DNA of 64,000 nt, taken from contig CM022679.1 in NCBI GenBank assembly GCA_012295275.1, positions 13,888,001 to 13,952,000 on the forward strand, written 5' to 3'. The notes under the pieces are model-generated. The model was not told the DNA's origin and searched no databases. It was given only the letters and a program-made list of their open reading frames with translations. This document shows, piece by piece, positions 44,401 to 56,889 of this stretch (position 1 is its first letter; each line of letters opens with the position of its first letter). A program made the translations under genes and the position numbers. Origin of the DNA: Chrysomallon squamiferum. Taxonomy: Eukaryota; Animalia; Mollusca.

Positions 44401-45449
44401 CACTCAAGTTCAGTGGCTCGAAATTCAAACTATGATGATTTAGCAAAATTTGCCCCAAAAATTGTTATTTTGTTTTTATTCTTGTGTTATCATAAAAGTA
44501 TATACCAAGAAATCATAAATTTAATGATATAATGCATTAACTATTAAAATAAACGTTTTCCTAGTTTTTATTATTATTTTTTTTTTATCGATATTGTGTA
44601 GCAAAAATCTTTTGTTTAGCAATAATTATCTCCCTTAATACAACTGGTTCCAATCGGATAACATTCATTCACAACGGAAATTTTTGTCATTAATTTTTTT
44701 TTTTTTTTTAAATTTAAAATTAAATGTAACGTTTTAACGATAGTTTGTATTATATCAACTGTATCCAAGCCATTCCTCGTTATTTTAAATCACAATTTGT
44801 ATATTTGTCTGACACGCCATACTGTGTATCCTTCATCTTTTACGTTGAATAATTGACCTTGACGTTAAATTAATGTTATGAAAACACGTCTTTGGCATAT
44901 TGCATTAATATAGATCAACGAAGTTGGATTTTTTTCAATAACAATAACAACTCAACCGCAAAAACAATGATAAAAGAAGATGAAATTTATTTATTTCAAA
45001 ATATTATTTTTATTTTTCTGATCTATCAGAGATAAATTACTCGATTGGATTGAACATTTTCATAATCTAGTAGACGTATTAAAAAAATTAAGTTATCTGG
45101 CTATATTTGTTCCTGATTATGAGTTTTGAGACAATTTTTATTTCATTTTTAGCTCTATGATTATTACATTTACTAAATTAATGAAAAAAGTTTAATTAGA
45201 CACCTTTTTATCGACATAAAAAGTATTGAAATATATTTTACCTGTAGTGGTGTTTCAGGTTATGTTTGAAGATTTATTTATTTATTTATGTATTTATTTG
45301 TTAGTTTGTTTGTTTGAAACTCGATATTAATATAATTCTTCAACGGTACTGAAAGATAATTTACGAAATTTGTTATCCGTGTGAACCCTGGAAATAATTT
45401 ATTTTCAAATCTTATTTTATTATTATTATTATCAACATCATCATCATCA

Positions 45450-45488
<39 letters not shown>

Positions 45489-45655
45489 TAAAAGGAATAT
45501 TTAATAAAATTACAAGAAAACAGAGTAATTATCGATCATAACAAAAAGTCTACAATGACTGAGTTCTCACATAACCATTTTATTGTCGATCATTAGTCGT
45601 TCATTAATTCCTTTTGTTGTCAATTTAATAGTAGTCAGACATAACGAATATTGAT

Positions 45656-45657
<2 letters not shown>

Positions 45658-45725
<68 letters not shown>
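45658..45725. repeat. (TC)34 microsatellite / GAGA tract
   Basis: Perfect dinucleotide run about 190 bp upstream of the candidate exon at 45919. Confidence 0.97.
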
Positions 45726-45729
<4 letters not shown>

Positions 45730-45918
45730 GATTAATATTAGAAAAACAGTATTAACTTAATGAGAAATGATTAATTGATATGATTATCTGACACTGTTTT
45801 ATTTCATAATAAATTAACACTACAATTAGTGTGGGAGTTTTCAGAGTCACATAATAAATAGTGACATTAGCTGACTGTGTTATTTGTAGTGAGACAGATT
45901 TGTTGTCATAGTATAATC

Positions 45919-45968
45919 ATGTTTACGTTCTTAAACCAAGATGATGAGGTTTTAGTATCACTGGAAAA
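45919..45968 (+). CDS. Candidate first coding exon of an unidentified gene (MFTFLNQDDEVLVSLE, phase 2)
   Basis: ATG with A at -3, open for 50 nt to AA|GTATGT; near the divergent VAMP7-like 5' end and a GAGA tract. No homology recognised. Confidence 0.35.
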
Positions 45969-46104
45969 GTATGTGAGGTCTTTGTGTGCTTTGTATTAAG
46001 ATATTAGTTCATTTTATTATATACTGAACTGGAAATTGCTTTATTAAATGATTTGATGTGCAGGTATAGTGACGGATTGTACAAAAAGGAATAATGTTGT
46101 TTGA

Positions 46105-46480
46105 CTATGAGATCATATTGGCCTTGTGAGATTGTATATAATTATGTAGACATTGGATTTGTGAGATTGGCTGGTTGTATTACATATTGGACTAGTGATG
46201 CTGGTTTGTTGTCGTGCATTTGATTAGTGAGATTATATTGATATTGGAAGACTGTTTTTATGTAGATGTTGGATTAGGAAGATTAGTTTGTTTTGTTACA
46301 CACTGGACTGCATATAATGATTTTTGTGACATTTGATTAGTGAGACTGGTTTATGAGAACTGATTAGTGAGAATGTTTGACTAGTGAGTTTATGTCAATT
46401 TTGTAAGATGGTTTATGTGCAGAAGCAGAATTAGTAAGATTAGTCAGTGTAGATTAGTTGGGTGAATATACTGGATTACT
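46105..46480. repeat. Degenerate minisatellite (about 30-35 bp, core TTGGA(C/T)TAGTGAGATT)
   Basis: Roughly ten recurring core variants. Confidence 0.75.
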
Positions 46481-47611
46481 GCTTGTCTCATATGCTGAAC
46501 AAATGATAATATCTTATTACATGAAATGTTTTAACATTTTCTTGTTATTACTCTTTTTCTAATCCTTAACATAAACATATTTACCTGTTTACCCATCTGT
46601 GACAGATTCAATCATTCACTAAATTATTTAATGTATGCAGTACAAATTCTTTAAATCTTTCCTCCATTGTTTTTCAGTATATAAACTTACTGTATTTAGC
46701 ATTTTAAAATCTACTAAACCAAATAATCGTTAAACTAATGTCTTCTTTAACTGATTTCAATTTTCTGTTGGTTTCGTTTTTTCTTCTCAAAGTGCAAAGA
46801 AAGAGAAAAAAGATAAATAATAAAAGAAAGTATATAAAAACAAGTAAAAGCAATCTGTGGACTTGATATGATAAACCTGATTATCATGTTGATTTGTTAT
46901 TAAAGCTGACAATAGACAGATCTGAAATGAAAATATAAAAAAGAAAAAATTGTGGAAAAAAACGAAAAAAGAATGAAGAAAAAAAAAAAAAAACGGTAAT
47001 TGAATTTGCCATCTCAGTGCTTTGTGATTGTTTGCTATTGTCAGCTTTCTGTGCTTTCAGAGTCGAATGTTAGCAGAACCACAGTGGTATTGATTTGCAT
47101 AACTGAGCTGGGAATTTGCTTGGAAGGACATCTGGCAAGCAAGTCTAATGAAAGTAACAGTTCGAGGAATGACAACAACACCATAATAGAATATTCCAGC
47201 AACTGATCGATGGCCTTTTAATGTTAATAGGCAGCAAACTGGTAATGGACAGTTTTCCATACAGTTCTTCACTTGTTCAAATATGAGAAATGTCATCATC
47301 TCCGAAGAAAGCCAGCTTCATTTTACACATTTTATTCTCCTTCTTTTTTCCTACCTCATCTGCAGAAACACGTTTAATTTGTTTTATTGTTTTTGAATTT
47401 GTTTTTATCACTGACAAGCAGTGTTATATTTTGTGTGTAATTAAATATTTAAAATGATTTTTCTTCCTTATTAATTTCCACATGTAACTAGGTTCACTGG
47501 ACGGCAGAACGCTCCTCCACCCACTCAAACAATTGAGTTATCTCCCTGATTGCTTTCCATTAATCACCTCGTCTCAAACATGATATTATTTCCCTTCCCA
47601 GGAAAACAAGT

Positions 47612-47765
47612 GTAGGCTGTGGCTTAGTGGTGAGAGCATTTGCCTGTATTGATCACAGAATCAGACCTGCTCAGTGCACCCACTGGGCTATTTCCCATTC
47701 AGCCTGGTGCTCTGTGGCTGGCTGTAAAATCCAGCGATGAATGTTTATCTGTCTATGGGAAGTTA
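47612..47765 (+). mobile_element. tRNA-derived Meta-type SINE, 5' part
   Basis: Pol III A box TGGCTTAGTGG (47620-47630), degenerate B box, CCCACTGGGCTATTTCCCATTCAGCC and TCTGTCTATGGGA. Confidence 0.7.
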
Positions 47766-48031
47766 TATATATATATTTATGTGTTTAAAATTCCTTTTTA
47801 CTAACTGGTAGACATATATTCCTTATAATTACAATAGAGATTGCCTTTTATATATATATATATATATCTTTGTATGTTTAAAATTCATTTTTACTAACTG
47901 GTAGGCATATATTCCTTAGAATTACAATAGAGATTGCCTTTTTATATATATATTTCTTTGTATGTTTAAAATTCATTTTTACTAACTGGTAGGCATATAT
48001 TTCTTAGAATTACAACAGAGATTGCCTTTAT
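47764..48031. repeat. Three tandem copies of an 86-94 bp unit with variable (TA)n
   Basis: TGTTTAAAATTC.TTTTTACTAACTGGTAG.CATATATT.CTTA.AATTACAA.AGAGATTGCCTTT three times. Confidence 0.95.
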
Positions 48032-49016
48032 ACCTACATTACAAAAGCTTTGCAGTGGTTACATTTATCCATTAAAAGCAAGAAATGATTTTTATCATTA
48101 TTTTTTATTTTTTCATGCAAGGACAGGAAATTTTTCTCATTAATCTTTATATATTTTAAGTTGGATATTTCTGTTTATAAATGCACTGTATGTGATTTGG
48201 CACACCCCCCCACTCCCTTCAACTAGATTTAGCTAATTTGTGGTGCTAAGACATTCCTAAGATAATGCCAAAACAAAATCTTCAAGCCTTCTGAATACTA
48301 GAGGAGCTAAATGACATTGTTTTTAAAGTTATTTAATCATTAGCTCTAAAGTTTTCTTCATTTATCCATTTATATCTTAGTTTTAATTTTTATCAGAATT
48401 TATATAAGTAAGAAGATTTTAATATAGATATTCATGATGAACTGTTTGTTTTACTTAGATGACATTAATTATTGAGATGATCATTTAAATTATGACAAAT
48501 TCAGAAAAACATTAAAAAGAATGGAACTAATTAATCACCTGATTTTATTTAAAGTTTTGAAATATATTAAATCCATATTTAAAAATGTTTTAAGTTCTGA
48601 TTTTGTAAATAATAAACTTAATAGTAATATGAAAAAGGTATGAATCTGCAATACCTTTAATTTATATGATATGGGATAAGATATTGGAGATCTGTTGTTT
48701 TATTAAATGGAGATTACAAAATTACTAATGGACCTTTAGCTCTTAAACTGAAAGCTCTTTTACATGTTATGGGTCAGTCTGTTTGTTGGTGGTTGGAGTG
48801 TGGGGCTGATTCCAGCTGGACTGTAGAACCAGTTGTCTTCAGCAAGTCCATTGGTCCATTTGGTGCTAATCCAAAATGAGTAACTCATTGTTTTTCAAGG
48901 TGAATTTCCTCACTTATTAACTCTGAATAGTCCTTAATCATTTGCATCAAAACCACGTAACTTTAGATTAAACAAACACTTCTTCCTTCTGTCTTCATTG
49001 ATCATTTAATATAATT

Positions 49017-49048
<32 letters not shown>

Positions 49049-49523
49049 TTTGATAGTTTTTTTTTGGAAGGGGTTTGGTTAGGGTTCTTTTTCCTCCTGG
49101 AACCAAACTTCTGTATTAAACATGTATTTCAGGATGATTTTAAAACCAAATGTCACTATCTCCATTGACACTGAAACAAAATTGTTGATGAATATTAAGA
49201 AAAGAATGGATTCCAAGATTAAATCTTGTAGAACATCCATAAAATAAGTGTTTACAAAAAAATACTGATGACAAGATACAAGTCACAATCTTTTCTAAAA
49301 ACATAATGGTTCCAGTTGTCATGATGGTAAAATCAAGTTACAGTAAAACTGTTGAAAATATTTCCACATATATACTTCACAAATTGTATACACACTTGAG
49401 AAAAATTGTAAAATTAAAACAAAGTAATTTGATCCATACAAAATATAACTATCAGCCTGTTTGACTCTGTGTCTACCTACGTATCTTCTTACCAACCTTT
49501 TTCTACTGCTCTATTTACATAGT

Positions 49524-49527
<4 letters not shown>

Positions 49528-49584
<57 letters not shown>
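49528..49584. repeat. (CA)n microsatellite
   Basis: Directly visible. Confidence 0.95.
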
Positions 49585-50038
49585 TTGGCATAGAACACAG
49601 AAGAAAATTTATTTAATATTCATCAATTTAGTTTCACAGTCTGAAAATGGAATTATATTTAATAAATAAAAAAATGGATTTAAAAAAAATAATAAATAAT
49701 AATATAACCAGCAAAAAAGAAAAACAAATGTCAGAGACTATTATCAAATTTCTTAAGATTATAATGCACATCCTACATTATTGAACCCCAACATCATGAA
49801 ACCAAATAAAAATGTTTTCTTTATTGGCCTTTGCTTTTTCTTTTTAAAGTGCAGATATAAAATAAATGTTCTCATCTTCAGCTTGCTTGGGAAGTAAAAA
49901 AAATAAAGAATATAAAGAAAAAAAAAAAAAAAAAAAAAAATGGCAAATCTAATCTGTTTCTGTTGAAGTCAGTGAATATTGCCAAAGATGATTTTGCTCA
50001 AGGAACAAACGGAGTAAATAGGCAAAGTCACAGTGTAA

Positions 50039-50121
50039 ATGTCAGAGTTTGGAGGAAAAGACGTGAAACCAGTTTATGAGACTTCACCAGATGAAATCAA
50101 TTTTGTGCTAATACCCAATCT
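50039..50121 (+). CDS. Candidate alternative first coding exon (MSEFGGKDVKPVYETSPDEINFVLIPN, phase 2)
   Basis: 83-nt ATG-initiated frame with protein-like composition ending at CT|GTGAGT. No homology recognised. Confidence 0.4.
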
Positions 50122-50188
50122 GTGAGTGCATTTTTATAAAAGACCAAATGAGTGCTGTATTGATCGCAGACAAGAGGAATCACTGTCA

Positions 50189-50730
50189 TGTTATTTAATG
50201 GCTGTTTGCCATTTAAACTCCATTTTAAAACATTCAGTGTCCACTCTTGTGTTATTTATTTGGCATTTAAACTTTGTATTTATTTGGAATGTCCAGTGTC
50301 TTAGAATGGGTGTTCATCATTTGAACTTATTAAAAGTTAATGTCATTGACATGTTATTTAATAGGTGTTTTCCCATTTGAATTTCAATTTAAAAGTTAAT
50401 GCTGTTGATGTGTTATTTAATAGCTGTTTGCCATTTAAATTCCATTTCAAAACATACAGTGTCCACTTTCATATTATTTATTTGCCATTTCTCATTTACA
50501 CTTTTTATTTATTTAGAAGGTCCAGTGTTATTTAATGGGTGTTTGCCTTTTAATTACCAATTTAAAACTTGATGTCCAGTCACATATTATTTTAGTTATT
50601 TTTTATTTAAACTATATATTTATGTGGTATGCCCAGTGTCATTTGTGATTTTATATTATTAACTATTTATCATTTAAATTGCCTTTTAAAACAGAATCCA
50701 TTGTCACGTTATTTGTATCATTTAAACTTT
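50189..50730. repeat. Degenerate ~55-bp satellite with 222-bp higher-order period
   Basis: TGTTATTTAAT..CTGTTTGCCATTTAAA.TCCATTT.AAAACAT.CAGTGTCCACT at 50189 and 50411, with weaker monomers between. Confidence 0.8.
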
Positions 50731-52424
50731 GTTGTTAAGACAAAAAATTATATATGGCCTTTAATAAAGCAGCCCAGAGCAGTGTTTAGAAAAGGAAAAT
50801 GCTTTGCGGGTGCTATTAGAAAATTTGATCCACTAATACTTTAAACCTTGAGTCTGTATCCTGACCACTGAACTGTAAAAACAGTTATTAAGATTATCAT
50901 CTCACAGCCTGTTTCAAAATTTGGTTCATTAATGTTAAGTAAAAGCATTGGTATGTGTTATCCTGCTTATTGCTGAATATAGTCATCAAAAAAACGATAA
51001 CAGTTTAAATATAATTATTTTATGAAGAGAAAAACTGAATTGTTTCATAAATCATTTCTTTATAAAAATACTGTCTGTCAGTTAATTCTGGTATGTGTTG
51101 TCTCGCAGTTGTGAGATGGATTCTTTTTTACTGTTGAATTAATAGTGATTTTAATTTTCAGACTCCAGTTACCTATTTTGATGTTGTTGATGAAGATTGT
51201 GTTATTTTTATCATTGTCATCATAATTATCATCATTATAATAATGATAATAATAATAATTACTAGTACTCCTGCTACTACTACTATTATTTATATTATTA
51301 TTATTATTTTTACTACAACTACTTCTATACTACTACTACTGCTGCTGCTACTACTACTACTGTTATTATTTATATTATATTATTATTAGTAGTATTAGTA
51401 TTTGAATTATCTTTATTAATTACTCAAAATAAAATAAAAAATAAAAAAAGTTTAATGCAATATTGATTTCTTTAATGCAACACTTAAAATTCTAGCTTCT
51501 TTTTTCGTTTATTATTTTTTGTTTTTTTCCTCTTTGGTTTGAACTGTGGCATTATGTGTATGATTCTCTATCTCACATTTACTTATTCTGTGCTGGAAAC
51601 ATACATGTTTAATACTCTTACTTGGATCCTTATTAACAACGAAAAAAAGAAAATGTCAGAGGTTTGAGATCAATACTGCACCATTTACTGCAAATCAATG
51701 TCATGGTGGTTACTCTGCCAGCTTCAAACAACAACTACAACAACAACATCAAAAAAAATGTTTAAAAAAATAAATAAAACCAGTTATTTACAAGACATGA
51801 CATGAAGCATTTTAGTAAAGTATCTATGGATCAATTTCCATTAATGTATTTTCTGAGTTATTTCCTATTCTAAATAGGTGACCGAGCCAATGATAAATGT
51901 ATGTCGTTTGACTTGTTCCATGTTTTGAATGTTTAAGAGCCAGTGATATTAGTTTTTTCCAGTTCCAACAGTATCTAAAAGAGCCCATGAAATAACTCTG
52001 TTACTCAGACTAGTATTTGATAAACGTTCTTTCAAAAACTGGTTTATATTATCATTTTATTCTTTAACATGATCATATAAACCACAGGATTTGAAAACTT
52101 TAATGAACAACTATAAAAAAAAAAAAATAATACTTATAATTTAAATTTTAATTTATTTTATTTTATTGTTCTTATTGGATTTATTTAGTTGTTTTTTATT
52201 ATTATTATTATTATTATTTTTTATACAGGCCTATATATATATTTTTTTTTATTTATTGATTTAAATATTTTATTTTATTTTATTTTTTTTTTTTTTTTTT
52301 TTTTTTTTTTGTTGGTTATATCTTTATTCAAAGAAGAAAAAAATCAATAACCCTACCACCTTTTTATCACTTGTCTTTGCTATCTGAAGTCTAATAAATT
52401 ACAGTTTATTTTTATACAAGAGTA

Positions 52425-52477
52425 ATGTCTTTTTTAAAATGGAGTGCTCTCCCCTGTAACACACCAGTTCTGCTTGT
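52425..52477 (+). CDS. Candidate alternative first coding exon (MSFLKWSALPCNTPVLL, phase 2)
   Basis: 53 nt open from ATG to GT|GTAAGT within a GC-richer island. Confidence 0.27.
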
Positions 52478-53748
52478 GTAAGTTTAGTGGGTTGTTTGTT
52501 ACACAACAGAGTACAGCAATCTGCACGTAAAAGATGAATGCAACTACCAGTTTAATAAGCCTCAAAGTTTTGGGTTTTTTTCTCTCACATTCCTTCTTTT
52601 TAAAATTTGATGGTTTTTTAAATCTCTGCGCATTTTAGTGATGCTTGTTAATGCTATTTAAATAAATCTTTAACAGTTTTCTTCAGTCATTTGGGATTGG
52701 ATGTATTTGATTTAGGTTCTAGTGATCAATTTACTGATTAGTTAAATCATGAATGTTTTCAAATATTTCTGTATTTGAAAACAAATATTTTTTATTATTA
52801 TTTTTTTAAATTAAAAATATTAGAATTTTATAAGTAATTTTTTGTATGGCTTAAACATAATATAATGGGTTTTTTTGTTTCTTGATGGAAATTTATAAAT
52901 TTTTATCACATTAATTGTTTAATAAATTAAATTTCTAAACAGTATTTATACAAACAACCCCTGAATACCTTTGATATGGTGATAAAAGTTTTCATTAACT
53001 ATTTATTTGTTCCCCATGCTATTGACACAAAGATTTTTTTATAAAAAAAGAAATTAAAAATACTATGACTAATACCACTGCTGAATGTTTTGTGATACAA
53101 AGATAAATATTTCATGAACTATAGAACTTCGATATTGAAACAAAAAGAATTCTGCCAAAAAAAAGCGTTAACTTTCAGACTCAGTCTGTTTAGTGCTATT
53201 TGACAAAACGACTTTGAAAAATGCTCCACGCTTATGTTGGCAATCTGTGCTTGATAAAACAGGATGAAAAAGCCAAGTGTAACTGTAAAGAAGAGGAAAT
53301 GCTAATAGCTTTGTTGCAAGCTGCAACTTAGTGATGAGGTGATAGGCAAAGCAACACAAATCAATGAAACACTGGATAAAAAATGTCATCCATTTGTTTG
53401 CGAACAGATTCTTTTTTTTTTTTTTTTTTTTTCTTTTTTTGATTGGAATGAGTTTTGAGAAAGCAAGATACTGGTGATGTGATGTGAATAGAAATTGATT
53501 TAACAGAAAGTGATGAGTTGATTACGTAAGCTATGTTTGCATGATTCTCCTTGGTTAGGGCTGCATTGAATTTGTTCTTTTTTAATAATATAATAGATCG
53601 GATGGCATTTTTCTCATTTAAATTTAATTCACTTGGGATTATTTCGTTTTGAAGGAAGATAACATTTTTGATTTCCTCTTGCCAGTGCATTTTAAAATTG
53701 CTTTCTTTTGTAGGGGGGAGAGAATGAATAACTTGAAGAATACCAATT

Positions 53749-53786
53749 TGTTTGAAGCACAACTCTTTTGCTCATGGTTATTAAAA
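53749..53786. repeat. 38-bp element, copy 1
   Basis: 36/38 identical to 56852-56889. Confidence 0.9.
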
Positions 53787-55002
53787 CCTGCCCTCTTTTA
53801 TATAAATTCTTCTTTTAAAATCATTATCCTATTAGATACATTTACACTGGCAGAGGATCAATGTTCATTAACCTTATATTTAAATTGTACTTTCCAACAA
53901 AAGTAATTTTGTCAAACGAATGCATTGAGAAAGATTTTGTGTATGAACTGAGTTTTTTAATAAAAATTTGAATTAGATATGTAATTAAATCTCTAAAATA
54001 GAAATTTAAACCAAAAAAAAAAAAGAGAAAATATTTAACATTATTATTAATTTTTTTTTATTATTTTTATTTATAAAAAAATTATTTTTTCTGGAATCAT
54101 TTTTAGTGTCAGATTTGTAATGATGTTTACAAAATATATTATTTATTATTAATTTATTTATTAGCTTGTTTGTTCACTTTATTTTATTTTGGTTTTATTT
54201 TATGTTGATTTTATTTATTTATTCATTCGTTCAATCACTTTATTTCTTTTCTTTTATGTGATTTGATTTGATTTTATTTGTCATTTGTAAAGAAGTTAAT
54301 TAAATAATTACAAAATTCAAAAACAAATTGCAGGGGGGGGTTACTCTGAAATAAAGGGCTAATTTGAATTATTGTATCCAAAGTTCAAATGTTGGCTACA
54401 AGTTGTTACCAACAGGTGGCTTCTGTCTTGTCCAGGATTCACTCCTCTTAGGTAATAATATGGGTGAGAGTGGCCTCTTGACCCCTGTCCTGAACTCTCA
54501 CCCTTGAACTGCATCTGGAATCAAGCATCTCCATGACAACTCTATGAATGTTAGAGTTCTGGTTATAATCCAGACAGCCAACACACTTGATTATCCAATA
54601 ACATTATCATAGCTGTCTGCTTGTGGAAACAGAAGAAAAAAAAAAAAATGAAACATTCATATAGCTCTCTGTTTAATAGCTTGGTCTTTTCTCTCGCAGA
54701 AGTGGGAGACTGGGCCATGACAGACATGCTAGAGCAAGTTATCTGGTGAAAAGGTGCTAAACTTTTCTGTCAACAGCATAATGGTGGTGTTTTACAGAAT
54801 TTGAAGAAAAGAAACCATGTTGGTTAGAAGAAGCAAGCCACTTTTCGTTAAGGCTTTTTAAGTAGACATCTGAAATAAATAGTTGAGCATTGGGTGGAAT
54901 GAGAAAAAATTGAATACCATGATAATTCTATTTTTCTGTTGAATTAGTATGTTGTATTACCAAGACAAATGCTTTGGCATTTTTTTATATCTCTCTTTTA
55001 CT

Positions 55003-55012
55003 GTGTGAGTGT

Positions 55013-55066
<54 letters not shown>
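55003..55066. repeat. (GT)n microsatellite
   Basis: Directly visible. Confidence 0.95.
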
Positions 55067-55067
<1 letters not shown>

Positions 55068-56261
55068 TGACTTTATATATTGATGAAATTTCAATAACTG
55101 TATTTAAAAATATGAATTTAAGATAACATTTACAAATGTAGAGAAGTTTAGAATCTGTACTTCAGTTTAATAAAAAAAATTTTAAAAAAAGATTATCAAA
55201 AACTTTTTAACATTTCTAAAAAGTTACTTTAATTTGCAAACATGCATCATTTTATAACATTTTTAACTATTAAAACAATTTAACGTTTTCTCTTGGGATA
55301 TACATACAAGATAACAAAATTTATTGTGTGTGTGTGTGTTAACTGTTCTTCATCTGCAATAAATACAAGCATTTACTCTTTATCTTTTCACTTCACTAAC
55401 ACAATCATCTAAGTTAGCTGGCTTCTAGTAGTTATTTTATTTCTTTTTTTTTTTTTTTTTCTTTTCTTTTTTACAACAGAATTAAATAGATAAAGCTGTG
55501 GTGCAGTGTTTGTTTTAAACAAGGTGAACGAGAAATTCTTTCACTATTTGATGCAGCCAAAATAAGGTTTTTCTATGCACTCCCTGAACATGGATTGCAA
55601 ACTGATACTTTGTAGGAATGTTGTCTATCAACAACTGCTTGCAGACCAAACCAAGACAAACCACACAGCTGGCTGGCTGGCTGTGAATAAGTTGAGAAAA
55701 ATGTATCGGATCTCCACATCATTTTGGTATTTTGCGTTCCTCAACCTTTGTTCTGTAAGCCACTGAATTCAACACAGCCAACAAGTCATAACTGTTTATA
55801 TACATACATACATACATACATACATACGTACGTACGTACACACACACACATACACACATACATACCTGTTGAAAATAAAACAAAAAACAAAAATTCAATA
55901 GGAGGAGTGTCTGTGCATTTTTTGTTTTCACTTCTAATTCAGTTTATCTTTTGTTACTTTTTAAAAAATTTAAAAATATTTTTTTTTTTTTTTTTTTTTT
56001 TAAATTAAAACATCTGGAATGGTTTATGAAATGAACACCAAACAAAGAAGTGAGGAAAAATACGAAAACTTATCACTGAAATACAGTAATTGCAAGAATG
56101 GCTATCTAAAATTAAATATAAAAAATAAGAAATGTTTCAAATATGGTAACAATAAAATATTATTGACAAAAAATATACATATACATTTTTTTATTTTTAT
56201 GCTATAAATTTGTACTATTCTGTTAAAACTATGAAACCATTTTTTTTATCTATAACTGTTA

Positions 56262-56303
<42 letters not shown>

Positions 56304-56851
56304 TGTTATTTATTTATTCAAAGCTGACACGAACACTTTTTTTTCCCTCCACAAACAGGAAACATATTTGTCAATGTTCAGCAGACAGGGTTGCTGGTTT
56401 GTCTCATGTCATAATGAAATGAAGTCTTTGTTTCATTATGAATCATATCAAAGCCAATCACAAAACACTCACACTGCCAGAGTCAAACCAGCTAATTTGG
56501 CCACGGGGCTAAAACGGTTTAAACCAGAAAGGACAATGATTCAGTGATTAAGCCGTATCCTTGCAATCATAACTCAGTGGGGACTGCTGCTGCTGCTGCT
56601 GCTGCTGTTTCATTTGAGATCTGATTATCCATCGTTTGGCATTTGTCACCCATACTGCACTTGATGCACGACTTGCAGCAGCTCGCGGCCAAGTGCAAAT
56701 GCACGGCGCAGGCTGAGCGATTAGGAAACTCTTTACAAGTGAATTGATTTTACTAAACGTCTGAAACTGCGAGGTTTCGTGACCGTTTGACAACATGTCA
56801 GTCGATTCAGTAGATTTTTTTTTTTTTTTTTTTTTCCCTCTCATTATTCGC

Positions 56852-56889
56852 TGTTTGAAGCACAACTCTTTTGCTCGTGGTCATTAAAA
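56852..56889. repeat. 38-bp element, copy 2
   Basis: 36/38 identical to 53749-53786. Confidence 0.9.

Noticed and set aside
44264-44458. Lys-rich minus-strand ORF upstream of the VAMP7-like gene
   Set aside because: Non-ATG start, derived from A-tracts, and out of frame with the VAMP7-like ATG after splicing.
45941-46027. C/D snoRNA pattern ATGATGA...CTGA
   Set aside because: Weak terminal stem, low-complexity guide region with no rRNA complement recognised, and overlap with a better exon candidate.
47355-47359. 5-nt minus-strand microexon pattern TTTCTGCAG|ATGAG|GTAGGA
   Set aside because: No host gene or flanking exons identified; such patterns occur by chance.
46105-50730. Repeat arrays as CRISPR-like loci
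   Set aside because: Eukaryotic context, degenerate tandem units without unique spacers, and no cas genes.
55701-55754. ATG-initiated frame MYRISTSFWYFAFLNLCS ending at GTAAGC
   Set aside because: Phase 0, so it does not fit the phase-2 set, and no homology was recognised; kept as a counter-example.
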